A stretch of 64,000 nt of DNA from positions 12,400,001-12,464,000 of the forward strand of contig NC_043022.1 of NCBI RefSeq assembly GCF_006345805.1. Direction: 5' to 3'. Below, piece by piece: positions 1 to 12,119 of the stretch (positions are counted from its first letter, which is position 1; every line of letters starts with the position of its first letter). The stretch comes from Octopus sinensis (taxonomy: Eukaryota). The position numbers and the translations under genes are program-made. The notes beneath the pieces were generated by a model. That model had not been told where the DNA came from. It ran no database searches and saw only the letters and a list, made by a program, of their open reading frames with translations.

Positions 1-20
1 CATGTATAAATATGCCTGTA

Positions 21-180
<160 letters not shown>

Positions 181-219
181 TTAGAAGCATAGACGTATGT
201 CTAACTTTTTATTTTTCAG

Positions 220-302
220 ACCATAAATTTACTTCTTCTTCCAGTCTTGTGTTTGCATTCATAATAATATTCCTCCCGTCTGTTTGTTTACAAAAGTGCT
301 AA
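220..302 (+). CDS. Candidate terminal coding exon with a hydrophobic, GPI-signal-like C-terminus
   Basis: Branch-like CTAAC (201-205), pyrimidine tract and CAG acceptor (217-219). Phase-1 reading gives xHKFTSSSSLVFAFIIIFLPSVCLQKC then TAA (300-302), followed by AT-rich UTR-like sequence. Upstream exons would lie outside the window; no homology recognised. Confidence 0.3.
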
Positions 303-870
303 GCAAATTTTGTTTGAAACAATATTGAATATAAGAACGTAATGGTATCTGCAAAGAATACCGTACATTATTATATTCCAACCCCTCCGTGTTGCTGAGG
401 TTCAAGACAGTACGCCATACATTTATTTGGTTGATAACCTCCACACCATTGAAGCCATATCTTACACATTTTATTTATTGTTGTTCTTGTTATAAATATT
501 TAACCAAACCAATTGGAAAAAATATTTTGAACAAAGTCTCTTGCTGTGTCTTTTTTTAGAATATTTTAGTCATTAATTTTTTTTATTGGAAAATCTGTTA
601 TCTTGTGAGAGAAGAATGAAAAAAGGAAAGGAAGGAAAAGGTTATAAAAAAGGTTATTGATTTTTACTTTAACTTTCTGCAACTATTCTTTTCCTGCCTC
701 ATTTTTTTTTTTTACTTTGTTACCTTCAAGAATGCAATTCGTTCGTAGAGTTTCAACTATAGGCACCATTCGGTTTCTCTTGATTTGTATTTATTCTTCA
801 AAAAATACGAATTGTTGAAATACTTTTCATATAAATTTATATACATACACACATTCATACATACATGCAT

Positions 871-1425
871 ACATATATACGCTTATACATACATACATAC
901 ATCCATTCATCCATCTATCCATCCATACATACATATATATGCTTATACATACATACATACATCCATTCATCCATCTATCCATCCATACATACATATATAT
1001 GCTTATACATACATACATACATCCATTCATCCATCTATCCATCCATACATACATATATACACTTATACATACATACATTACATCCATTCATCCATCTATC
1101 CATCCATACATACATATATATGCTTATACATACATACATACATCCATTCATCCTCTATCCATCCATACATATATATACATTCCTTATACATACATACATA
1201 CATCCATTCATCCATCTATCCATCCATACATACATATATACGCTTATACAAACATACATACATCCATTCATCCATCTATCCATCCATACATACATATATA
1301 CGCTTATACATACATACATACATCCATTCATCCATCTATCCATCCATACATGCATATATACGCTTATACATGCATCCATTCATCCATCTATCCATCCATA
1401 CATACATACATACATACATACATAC
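871..1425. repeat. 60-bp minisatellite, about 9 copies, built from CATA/CATC tetramers
   Basis: Unit acatatatatgcttatacatacatacatacatccattcatccatctatccatccatacat recurs at 871, 931, 991 and onward. Confidence 0.9.
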
Positions 1426-1920
1426 ATCTTACATACTTTGTGTGTGTGTGTGTATGTATGTATGGATAGATGGATGAATGGATGCATGTATGTATGTATA
1501 AGTGTATATATGCATGCATGTATGTATGTATGAATGTATGTATGTATATAAATTTATATGAAAAGTCTGATAAACATTTGATTCTGTGTAAACAGAATGC
1601 AATAAAGTGTTTCCCTAGAGAACTGTTGCAGTTCAGCATCCACCTGCACTTCAAACACCTACTGCAGAAGATGCAAATAACCACAGTAGCGAAACATTTG
1701 CAGGAAACAAAAACGATGTCAACTGCATCCTGTGTTTATCATATTCTTTTCTACATTTGCTCTCTATATCATAACCAGTAACATTGCTAAGAACAGCAGT
1801 AACCAAACCACTCTACTGGAAGTAGACAGGATAATGATACTCAAAATAGAGTTGTAAACTCATCATTTGCTGTTGTACATCTAACTGTTCACACAAGAAA
1901 TACTATATTTGTCTATCGAA

Positions 1921-2415
1921 ATGGCTGTGTGGTAAGAAGCTTGCTTCCCAGCTATGTGGTTCTGGGTACAGTCCTAGTGCATGGCACCTTAGGTAAGCAT
2001 CTTCAGCTATAGCCTTGGGCCAACCAAAGCCTTGTGAGTGCATTTGGTAGACAGAAACTGAAAGGCGGCGAGCTGGCAGAATCATTAGCACACCGGGCGA
2101 AATGCGTAGCCGTATTTCATCTGCCGTTATGTTCTGAGTTCAAATTCTGCCGAGGTCGACTTTGCCTTTCATCCTTTCGGGGTCGATAAATTAAGTCCTT
2201 GTTTGTCCCCTCTGTGTTTGGCCCCTTGTGGGCAATAAAGAAATAAGAAACTGAAAGAAGCCTGTCATATATATTCATATATCACAGTTCAAGAAAAGAA
2301 AGCAATACAATAAGTCACTGCACTTAATATGGTTGATCCTTTTGACTAAAACCCTTTAAGGCTGTGCCCCAGCATGGCCACAGTCCAATGGCTGAAACAA
2401 GTAAGAGATAAAAGT
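1921..2415 (+). mobile_element. SINE family A, older copy, interrupted by a family B SINE
   Basis: tggctgtgtggtaag A-box-like head, gcaccttaggtaagcatcttc body, 3' end ...cagcatggccacagtccaatggctgaaacaagtaag. Confidence 0.85.
2064..2245 (+). mobile_element. SINE family B, internally deleted, nested in family A
   Basis: ggcggcgagctggcagaa head, gagttcaaattc B-box, gcctttcatcctttcggggtcgataaattaagt body. TSD agaaactgaaa at 2053-2063 and 2246-2256. Confidence 0.9.
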
Positions 2416-2491
2416 GATAAAACATCTATATGCATCACCATCAACATTTATTACCCCTGTTCCATGATGGCCTAGGTGGCATGATTTAAAG

Positions 2492-2755
2492 CAGTGCTTT
2501 TCAACTGGGGTCCATTTTACCTTCAGGGTTCCGTACAAGATTTTGTTGTTAAAATCTATGTGCAATACATTTACTATACTCCTACAACGCAAAAAATATT
2601 TTTATTTTTTTATAGGATTCTTAAAAATTTTTAATTATAAAAATACAATAAGGTTTTTTTAAAAATTTTTATTTACAGTGAATGGCTGTGGAGGTTCAGA
2701 AGAGTAAAACAGAAACCAAAGGGGTCCATAGGCAAAAAATGTTTGAGAACTGATG
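2492..2755. mobile_element. hAT-superfamily MITE
   Basis: Termini cagtgcttttcaac / tttgagaactgatg with an exact 8-bp TSD atttaaag (2484-2491, 2756-2763). Confidence 0.85.
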
Positions 2756-3243
2756 ATTTAAAGGATACAATGGGTGCAAGGATTGCATCATACTCCAAGG
2801 TGTCCTTTGGCATAGTTTCTATGGCTGGCTACCCTTCCTAATGCTAACCACTTTACAGAGTGTACTGGGTGCTTTTTCATGGCACCAGCACTGGTGATGT
2901 TACTATGTAGCTACAAGATTAAGGTCCCCTGTGACAGAGTGGGACCACAGTAGAGAAAAGCAGCTGTATGTTTAGGGATGAGGGGATAAAGTATGAGAGA
3001 AGGGGCTAGAATAGAACAAATTCCTTGCTGTAAGGAAGCTGGATGGTTATATATATTATGCCCTAAACAGTAGTCATTCTCTGCTATATCTGTAGTGTGG
3101 AGCTGTCAGTATATTGTGATAGGAAAAAATATCTGATTGCAAATCTATTTGATCCTCATCAAAGATAGAATGCCATATAATCTGGCCACAGAGAGGAATG
3201 TAGCAAGCAACCATACTTCATCACTTGATGTATTGAGTTTATA

Positions 3244-3592
3244 GGCGTAGGAGTGGCTCTGTGGTAAGTAGCTTGCTCACGAACCACATGGTTCCAGGTT
3301 CAGTCCCACTGCATGGCACCTTCAGCAAGTGTCTTCTACTATAGCCTCGGGCCAACCAAAGCCTTGTGAGTGGATTTGATAGACAGAAACTGAAAGAAGC
3401 CCGTTGTATATATGTACGCTTGACAACCGATGTTGGTGTGTTTACATCCCCATAACTTAGCGGTTTGGCAAAAGAGTCTGGTAGAATAAGTACTAGGCTT
3501 ACAAAGAATAAGTCCTGGGGTCGATTTGCTCAACTAAAAAGGCAGTGCTCCAGCATGGCCACAGTCAAATGATTGAAACAAGTAAAAGAGTA
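3244..3592 (+). mobile_element. SINE family A, near full length
   Basis: ggcgtaggagtggctctgtggtaag head, ggttcagtccc B-box, tail gaaacaagtaaaagag; co-linear with the copy at 20897. Confidence 0.93.
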
Positions 3593-3646
3593 ACTGATTA
3601 GTTACCTTTGAACAACTGTTGCTTTGTTGACAATTTATTCTAGTTA

Positions 3647-3801
3647 ACATATTTATTTGTGTATAAGTTGTACTTGTGTATAAGTCACTCCTCTAATTTA
3701 GTATTAAATATTGGTACAAAACATTTTCCCTCCATAGTTTTCTCTCTGTATAAGTCATATCCCAATCTAAGATAAGTGCAACTTATACACAACTAAACAC
3801 A
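3647..3801. mobile_element. pogo/Tigger-like MITE, degraded
   Basis: Inverted termini tttatttgtgtataagttgtac / gtgcaacttatacacaactaaa; internal gtataagt repeats. Confidence 0.6.
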
Positions 3802-4158
3802 ATAATTAATTATGCCTAAAATAAGTGTTGTACAAAATAAACCTTTTTTGCAACATATCTGAAATATGTAGTGTGGTAATTGTAAGAAAATATTGTTTTG
3901 TTTCTCTTTCTATCAATAGAAAAATACACGAAATAAAAAAAAACAACTGTATCTGACAAGATTTAAAAATCTGATGAATGAACTGTACAGAAACCTGACC
4001 AAACACTATAAATTAACGTGTCATCTCCAGACTATGCCACTCACTATTCTGCTCATGTTAAAAGTCCTATTGAAAGGTATTGTTACATTTTAATGTTTTG
4101 TATTAATTTTTATTGTTCTGATATTTTTATGAGGAAGAGCATTATCATTTTTCGTAAA

Positions 4159-4687
4159 TAATTTTTTTGGTTCATTGATCCTCTTTCTATCATTTATTCA
4201 TTCATCACTTATCGAGGATAATCCAGTAAGCTCAATTGTGAACCAAGTTAAGCTTATCACAAATTGATCTGTGATATCAATGGGTCAGCAATCAGTCAAA
4301 GATTCTGTTTGAACTGCAAAAGTGCACCCAATGACAAACCATCTACAATGCTCAGCAACACACAATGCACTGATCGTCACTCATATTTACCTCACTGTAT
4401 TACAAATCTGCATATTTTTATACAGATTTACATTGTTGTACCCAGAAACATGCTACCAGTGAACAGAAAAAGTACTTTCTGTTGTCATATTTTCATTTAC
4501 TTATCATATGTTATTGGATTTTACTCTAATTTTTTTGGTTCATTCATCCTCTTTCTATAATTTATTCATTCATCACTTATCGAGGATAATCCAGTAAGCT
4601 CAATTGTGAACCAAGTTACGCTTATCACAAATTGATCTGTGATATCAATGGGTCAGCAATCAGTCAAAGATTCTGTTTGAACTGCAA
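4159..4687 (+). repeat. 161-bp direct repeat pair (4159-4319 and 4527-4687)
   Basis: Three mismatches by eye; offset 368 bp. Confidence 0.9.
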
Positions 4688-4750
4688 CAATATCAATATG
4701 TGTGTCTAAACAATATCAATATGTGTGTCTAAAAAATGTTTGGTGCCAAC

Positions 4751-4960
4751 ATAAAGGAAAGGAGACTGAGATTCTCTGGTGACCGCTTTTGTAGTAAGGA
4801 CGAAGTAGAGAGTCAAATGTTGATGTAGAAGGTGAGTGACCTAGGGGATTGTGCTGCCAGAACATTTATCAACCAGCTGATTGAAGACTTCGGTTTAATG
4901 AAGAGTGAACCTATCAATAGCAGGGCACAAGATGGAGTTTTGGAGACAAGTGGTTGATGA
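4751..4960 (+). mobile_element. RTE-like LINE ORF C-terminal remnant
   Basis: Translates IKERRLRFSGDRFCSKDEVESQMLM*...ARTFINQLIEDFGL, resembling the RRLRFAGH..R / RT(F/Y)IDQL..D C-terminus. Confidence 0.65.
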
Positions 4961-6207
4961 AAAGCTGTTTGGAGGTTTTATTTAGGTAAGTTAGGGAGAC
5001 AGCTTGGGGTGTTGTGGAATGAAGCTTATTTTGTCCTCTTGTTGTTCTATTGTACATTTATTACCGATTCATTTTACAGTGTTGTTTTTTGGGACCAATT
5101 AACTGTGATAAATGAGGATAGATGTGTACTAGTAAGAGAACTGGCTGAATCCCAGCAAGATGCTGCAGCCACTCTCCGCTGCTGTTATAAATGCACTTGT
5201 AGAACTCCTGTCTCTACAGTTTTGGCAGTAGATTATTTTCCAGTAGAACTTTTAATGGACTAAAACCTGATTTATATTGACTGTTATCTTGAATTATTCA
5301 ATCACAAACACACACACGCACATGCACATCCATGCATGCACACACACACACATGCATGCATACACACACACAAACACACACACTCACACACACATCCACA
5401 CACATGATATTTGAATCTGATACCTCATAAATCACAACTTTGGTTTCCGTGTTTCTGATCGTCAGGCAATGATAAAAATAGAAATAAAAGAACTTACTTT
5501 CGTATGAAATTAGCAGCATTTGAATACAAACAAAATACTAAAGAAGTTTGTAAACAAAGTGTTTTAATTAGTTGGAAGCATTTGATAGTCTCGTATGGAC
5601 TTATATTGCTGTGTAACTGTCAGGTGTTTTGAAATATTACTACAGAAATATTTGAATTTATTTTGATAAAAATATGTAAGTTTAGAACAAGCATAATGGA
5701 TAGAATAACCAAGAAACTTTTGTAAAGCTTTGCTGAGATGAAAAGATCATACAAAACAGACACATGTGTTTATACAAAGTATATGTGTCTGTTTTGACTT
5801 GTTCTAATATATTTCAAAAGATTAAAAAGTTTCTTTTATTTATGTTTTGTCAATTCTAAATGGACTCAGATAATATTTCTTTGATTATATTTTATGATTT
5901 CTAAAAGTGTATCTATGTTGATTGTGTCCTAATATAAAGGGGTTTTCAATCAAACCACTATATTCTTTAGAAACTGAATCATTATCTGTGTCTACAAATA
6001 AATATTGTTAGAGTTCTGTATTACATAAACTACTAGTATTACTCTATTACTCAACTTCTATAATAATCTGTATTTTCATTATATATATATGTGGGTGTAC
6101 ACACAAACACACACACACACACACACACAAGCAAATATGTATAGGTAAGCAAATATATATGTGCGTGTGTGTATGTGTAAGCAAATAAGTATATAGACAT
6201 ATATGTA

Positions 6208-6361
6208 TTGGGTCTTCCCATAAATAATGTGGTTTTTTTATATTTCTTTTATTTTTCATAATTAAGATAAACAAAGTTCTTTTTTAATCTAAAATATACT
6301 CTCCTTCATTTTCTGCAATGCTCTTCTATCAATCTGGTAGACTTGCAAGGCCCCTCTTCCA
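6208..6361 (-). mobile_element. 3' terminal fragment of the mariner family seen at 24215-25240
   Basis: Reverse complement of ~25088-25240, including the TIR ttgggtcttcccataaataatg after TA. Confidence 0.85.
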
Positions 6362-6367
6362 ATAGTA

Positions 6368-6412
6368 GGGGGCAGGGGGCAAACACAGACACACAAACAT
6401 ATACACACACAT

Positions 6413-6451
<39 letters not shown>

Positions 6452-6612
6452 CATACATATATATGATGGGCTTCTTTCAGTTTCTGTCTACCAAATCCAC
6501 TCACAAGGCTTTGGTCAGCCTGAGGCTATAGTAGAAGACACTTGCCCAAGGTGCCACGCAGTGGGACTGAACCCAGAACCATGTGGTTGGTAAACTAGAT
6601 ACTTACCGCACA
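6368..6612 (-). mobile_element. SINE family A, 5' half
   Basis: Reverse complement of the family A head and body. Confidence 0.9.
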
Positions 6613-6754
6613 TTCATTTCCAGTACTCTGCAACAACAATGTGTCTGGGAACAAAAAAATTTGTATCAATAACGTCTTTGTCTGCCCCATGGAAAAGTGG
6701 ATGCTAAAACAATGGTGGTAACGACAATGCAATACACACACACACACACACACA

Positions 6755-6785
<31 letters not shown>

Positions 6786-7074
6786 ACACACATATCTCTA
6801 TGTATATGTATAATATTTTGCTGCATATCTTTTGCACATTCGCTCACGGGAGTAGAACCTTTGTTTTTTAGCTTGTCTTGGCAGCTAATTTGTTGCTCTA
6901 AGGCAATCTTACTATATTTTCAACACAACATAAATTTTATAAATAGTGTGGATAATTAGTAATAAACATCGTTAATTCCACAATTATGTAATTAAGATAC
7001 ATAGTTAATTAATTTACACCGAATTGATTTTATGCAATATTTATCCCAAGTCATTTGGAAATTTTATGTTAATC

Positions 7075-7230
7075 AGAAATGCGGAGGAGGAGATTGGGCG
7101 GGTTGGCTTGAGGAGGGACAACGCTCCAAACCAAGCAAGATGGTGTGAGAGCGGTTGTGGTAAGAGTGAGATAGATCCAGCTACCCCCTTTAACAGGGAC
7201 AAACCCAGATTTAAAATATTGGACATCGAT
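7075..7230 (+). mobile_element. RTE-like LINE 3' end fragment
   Basis: EEEIGRVGLRRDNAPNQARW resembles an RTE ORF end; followed by a short atccagctaccccc...cccagatt tail. Confidence 0.5.
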
Positions 7231-7280
7231 GTATATATGCATGTGTGTATGTGTGCAAAAGTGTGCATGTGAGAGAGAGA

Positions 7281-7311
<31 letters not shown>

Positions 7312-7495
7312 TAAGTAACTTTTCTTTTCTTACTTTTGTCGTTGGACTGGAGCCATGGTGGGGTGTCCCCTATGAAAGGTTTAGTCAATCAAACAGACCC
7401 CAGTGTTCATTCTCTTTTTTGAAGTCTATCACTTATTTTATCAGTCTCTTTACCAAATCATTAATTTATGTTATACGTATGTACCTGTATGTATG

Positions 7496-7529
<34 letters not shown>

Positions 7530-8329
7530 TATGAGTAATATGTGTGCAACCACATGCCACAACTAAGTGATTAACTACAAGCGGAACACACATACAGCGA
7601 AATTAAACACAGCAAATTATCTTTACTTCCGGTTCAATCTATATAACTGTTCTTTCTAGTTGGCTGATTTACATATTATATTTGCAATCTCTGTCTGTAT
7701 TCGATGGTTTTCCTTTGATCTTAAGTGATTTTTTTAAAGTTTTAGCTTTTTTTTTTTGTTTTCTATGTAATATTTGTTTTTCATTTACAACAAACAAGTG
7801 TTTTTTTTTTTTTCCCACATCACTGGAAGTAGACATGACAGTTCATTTTTCAGAAGATACCTTTGCTTGTGTTCTACATTAAGAAAACACAAACCAAGAA
7901 GGAAACAAGATATATACTAAGTCAATATGTAAGATGCCGAGATATTTGCTTTAGATTCCCAGGTTTGGGGAAAGTGTTTTTTTCTTTGTTATTTTTGGGT
8001 TTTCCTTGTAGTTTTCTTAATACTGGCATGAAATGTCTTAACAAATAAATGTATTGAATATATCATTTCAACAAACTGGGAGGAAAATATATGGAGGGGG
8101 GAACCTCTGTAAGAGAAAGTCTGAAACACTGAGTCTGACACATGTGAGCTTTGATATTTACAGGAGAAATAATTTTCAATCAAAGGTGATTGCTTCTGGT
8201 GTGATATGTGTGTGTGTGCGTGTGTGCCTGAATTTATATGTGCATATACATACATGTGTGTAAATATACATATGTATATATCTATCTGTATATATTGTGT
8301 GTGTGTGTGTATATATGTATGTGTGAATA

Positions 8330-8383
<54 letters not shown>

Positions 8384-8566
8384 CATACACATATATACAT
8401 ATATATATGCATATATGTATATATATTTTGCTGCATATCTTTTGCACATTTGCTCATGGGAGTAGAACCTTATTTTTTAGCTTTATATATATATATATAT
8501 ATATATATAGTTATAAATAAGGGCAAAGGAAAAAATTTCTATGCCAATATGCTGAATGCACACACT

Positions 8567-8634
<68 letters not shown>

Positions 8635-9569
8635 TACATACATGCAATCATGCAGGCAAACATATATATACACACACATATACATACATATGTATGTAAA
8701 GCAGATGGTCAGGTCGGTTTCTTTCACCCCTTCGGGAGCTCGCTTCCTTCATCCATTAAGACTCACTCACATTGCCTCAGCAACATAATCCATAATCTCG
8801 TATTGAAATATTCATTGGAGTTCAGAAAACATAATAATTAATCTTTTGTAATTGAAAGAAAAGAAACTAAAACCCAAATACAAATATGAAGGACTGTTTG
8901 ACTATTGAGTTTCTGTCAAAATAATCATTCTGTTTGACATGAAAAGGAAACTAAAAAGCGAAAGAGAAAAGAAAAGTGGAACTGCTGTTTTAGATTAAGT
9001 TAACTTTGTATAATATTGGGGAAGTGGAGTATTTCAAATTGACAGAATCTATTAAACAGGAATTAATACAAATTCGAAGTATATAAATTGTTTGATTAAA
9101 TATTCATGCTAGCTGGTGTTTATGTTCTACAGAGACTTGCAGACTTCTTGCTTTTTTGCAGACTAGATGCCAATACTGGATGTCAGTAGGTTTCAGAGAT
9201 CATCAAGAGCGAACACATACCATTTGGAGCCATTCTCTCAATGGTTTTACAACACCCCCACACCTCCCTCACTGATGTGAGGTGCCATCTACTGGATCAT
9301 TTGCTTAGAAGGGCCTCAGCTGGAGCATTTATCTGTCGACTGTGGTTTGACTCCTGGGAAAATTTGCTTCATGCTTCAGATGATCAGATGTCTTACACTG
9401 TTTTGACTTCTTCCTCCAGTTACAACTAGTTATACATATTTGCACCTGGCTATGACCACCTGCAGTAGTTATTCTTACTTGTTCTTATTTACTCTTATTT
9501 TCCATGAATATCTTGTTTACTTGCTCCTAGTTAGCCATATTCTACATTACTACATGAGCCAGTTCTCCA

Positions 9570-10020
9570 CATGGCAGTATTGTTAAGAAGTTCACTTTAC
9601 AACCATGTGGTTTTGGATACAGTCCCACTATACAGCACCATGGACAACCCTGAGCCAAACAATGCTTTGTGAGTGAATATGGTACAGAGAAACTATGTGA
9701 AGCCCTTTGTGTGTGTATGTACACAGACAGACACACACACATTGAAATACTTAGGTTCTAACGAACCCTGCAACTGAACATTATTGTGTGTGTGTCTTGG
9801 TGTTTGTGTTCGTCCCCCCCCCACCACTTGACAACAAGTGTTGGATTAGGATCATCCCCATAACCTAGTGGCTCAGCATAAGAGTCCAATAAAGCAAGTA
9901 CCAGACTTTGAAAACGATAAGTACTATTGGATTGGGTCGACTTGTTCAAGTAAATCACTCAAGGTGGTGCTCCAGCATGGCCACTGTCTAATCACTGAAA
10001 CAAATTTAAGAAATTAAAAG
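9570..10020 (+). mobile_element. SINE family A, old diverged copy
   Basis: Degenerate head, body and tail (...ggtggtgctccagcatggcc...gaaacaaa). Confidence 0.8.
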
Positions 10021-10115
10021 AAGATTCCACATAAACACGTCCATGAACATATCATGTATGTGCCTATATATCCAATCCAGTTAGTTTTTCCTAGTTGTTC
10101 ACAGTCTCTCCCTCC

Positions 10116-10195
<80 letters not shown>

Positions 10196-10198
<3 letters not shown>

Positions 10199-10318
10199 CC
10201 GAAATTGCGAGGATGATCTGGTTCTTGACTGAAGATTGAAGGCTTCGAATGTCCCGTCCATGTTTTTTGTATCGTCTCCCAAATGTTTTGCGTTCTTGTC
10301 CCAGTTTGTATTTTTATA
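10196..10318 (+). mobile_element. Microsatellite-flanked dispersed repeat, unclassified
   Basis: Homologous to the reverse complement of part of 11335-11570; both copies sit between microsatellite tracts. Confidence 0.75.
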
Positions 10319-10321
10319 CAT

Positions 10322-10372
<51 letters not shown>

Positions 10373-10379
<7 letters not shown>

Positions 10380-10420
10380 AAGGAAGGGTGCAAATAGCCT
10401 GAAACCAGGCTGGTCTGCTG
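10373..10420 (+). ncRNA. Degenerate minimal hammerhead ribozyme motif
   Basis: tagta-CTAAGGA-agggtgcaaatagcct-GAAA-ccaggctg-GTC-tgctg; the core has A in place of G5. Confidence 0.5.
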
Positions 10421-11191
10421 GTCCTGTCACTAGAATATGGTAGAAGTTTGCTCCCCTGCTTGCAATATATGCGATGCAGATTGCATTGTCAACCAGCTAG
10501 AGGAAATGCCCTCTTGGGGTTAAAAGATCACAGTAATGTCCATTCATATTGAACAGTCATATTGAAGTGGTGACAAACATTACTTGCAAGTACAGTTACT
10601 GTGTTTCATCTCTTACAGAAATCTTATAATGAGCTGCTTTACTTGTTGCAAGATCGGCTAGATACTCTCCTTTTTGCTCACAATCTATATATCAACCTGC
10701 TGCTAGTTGGTCACATCCTCTACAGGCAGTTTTGTGAGTTTATTTTTGGCATCAGGTAATTTAGACAACATTATATATATTTCCATAGTTCCGTGTTAGA
10801 TTGCAAGATTATGCCTAATGTCTCTCGACCCACTAACCATAAATAACTGAGAATGGACTTCAGAAGAATCATGTGACATGTTTGATGGACAATCCACATT
10901 ATTCTGTTAAAACAACTCCTCACTTTCACAGAGAAGTTGATTTATTTAGTTAACCACTTTCAGACATCTTTGCTCGTAAATATGTGTTTGTGTATGAGTT
11001 TATAAATACATATATACATTAAAACATGGACATACAACTCACTCAACACATACATAAAGACATGCACACAAACACACTAAATCTGTCTTTTACATTACCA
11101 TAAGCATGTATATGAGTAAATATTGCATATATACTTACGTATATGCACACACACACACACACACACACTCATACACACACATATAAACACA

Positions 11192-11298
11192 AGCATGGCT
11201 GTGTGGTTAATAAGCTCAGTTTGCAACCATGTGGTTTTGGGTTCAATCTCATTGCATGCCACCTGGGCAAGTGTCTTCTACTATAGTCCTGGGCCTGC
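11192..11298 (+). mobile_element. SINE family A head fragment
   Basis: atggctgtgtggttaataag...gggcaagtgtcttctactatag. Confidence 0.85.
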
Positions 11299-11334
11299 CA
11301 ATATATATATATATATATATATATAAAATACATA

Positions 11335-11568
11335 TAAGAAAATACAAAATGGGACAAGAACGCAAATCACTCAAATAGACGACACAAAAAACGGACTGGT
11401 CATTCGAAGCCTCTAATCTTCAGTCAAGAACCGGATCATCCTCGCAATTTCGGCCGATTAATCTTGAGATCACTCCGATCCAGCCAGCCCCAAGGAAAAA
11501 CTAAGCTACGAGCATTAGATTTCTTGGAAAAAGGATCGAATGTATACGAAACAAGGACAGAAAAACAG

Positions 11569-11570
<2 letters not shown>
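11335..11570 (-). mobile_element. (TA)n-flanked dispersed repeat, longer copy of 10196-10318
   Basis: Contains tcttcagtcaagaaccggatcatcctcgcaatttcggc, the reverse complement of ~10198-10235 with one mismatch. Confidence 0.75.
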
Positions 11571-11599
<29 letters not shown>

Positions 11600-12119
11600 C
11601 ATTGTTTTGGTTCCAAAATGGAGACGAACACCAATTTTTCTATGTGATGTGCTTGGATACTTGTTAAGGTATTCCTTAACAGGAAACCAATAGTAACCTT
11701 AATACACAAATAAAGAATCTTTATCCACCAATGTGGTGTTGAGCACCCATTCTCATTGCTTGATATTTACACACACATACACACACTATTACTACTAGGT
11801 TACTAATAATAACAGGGCCTGAAACCACATGATCAGGTGGTTCAAAAGTGACTTCTTAAATATGCAGAAAAAATTAGAAAATAAAGACTATAATACTTTA
11901 CATTTCATTACTGCATACATAATTTCAATTATGATTAATTTGAATTTCATAGTTTTCAACAAGATTTAATTAGATTGTATCATTGAGACTATTTCTTTCT
12001 TCTCAATGGAAATGTAATTCTAATTGCCTGAATTTTTATTTTGTTTCCACTAACTTAAATATGTTATTATTGTTCACTTAACTATTACGTTTTGTAAGGA
12101 TGGAGTCCCTAAGTAAATT

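Noticed and set aside
871-1425. Regular array resembling CRISPR
   Set aside because: Head-to-tail units with no unique spacers and no cas genes; eukaryotic context.
5752-5796. Hairpin as a possible pre-miRNA
   Set aside because: Only ~45 nt with no extended lower stem; no recognised seed.
10229-10260. ctgaaga...cgaa as a hammerhead
   Set aside because: No GAAA after a stem II in either copy (gaat in both).
10619-10733. Open frame between a ttacag acceptor and a gtgagt donor
   Set aside because: Peptide unrecognisable and no partner exons; compatible with chance.
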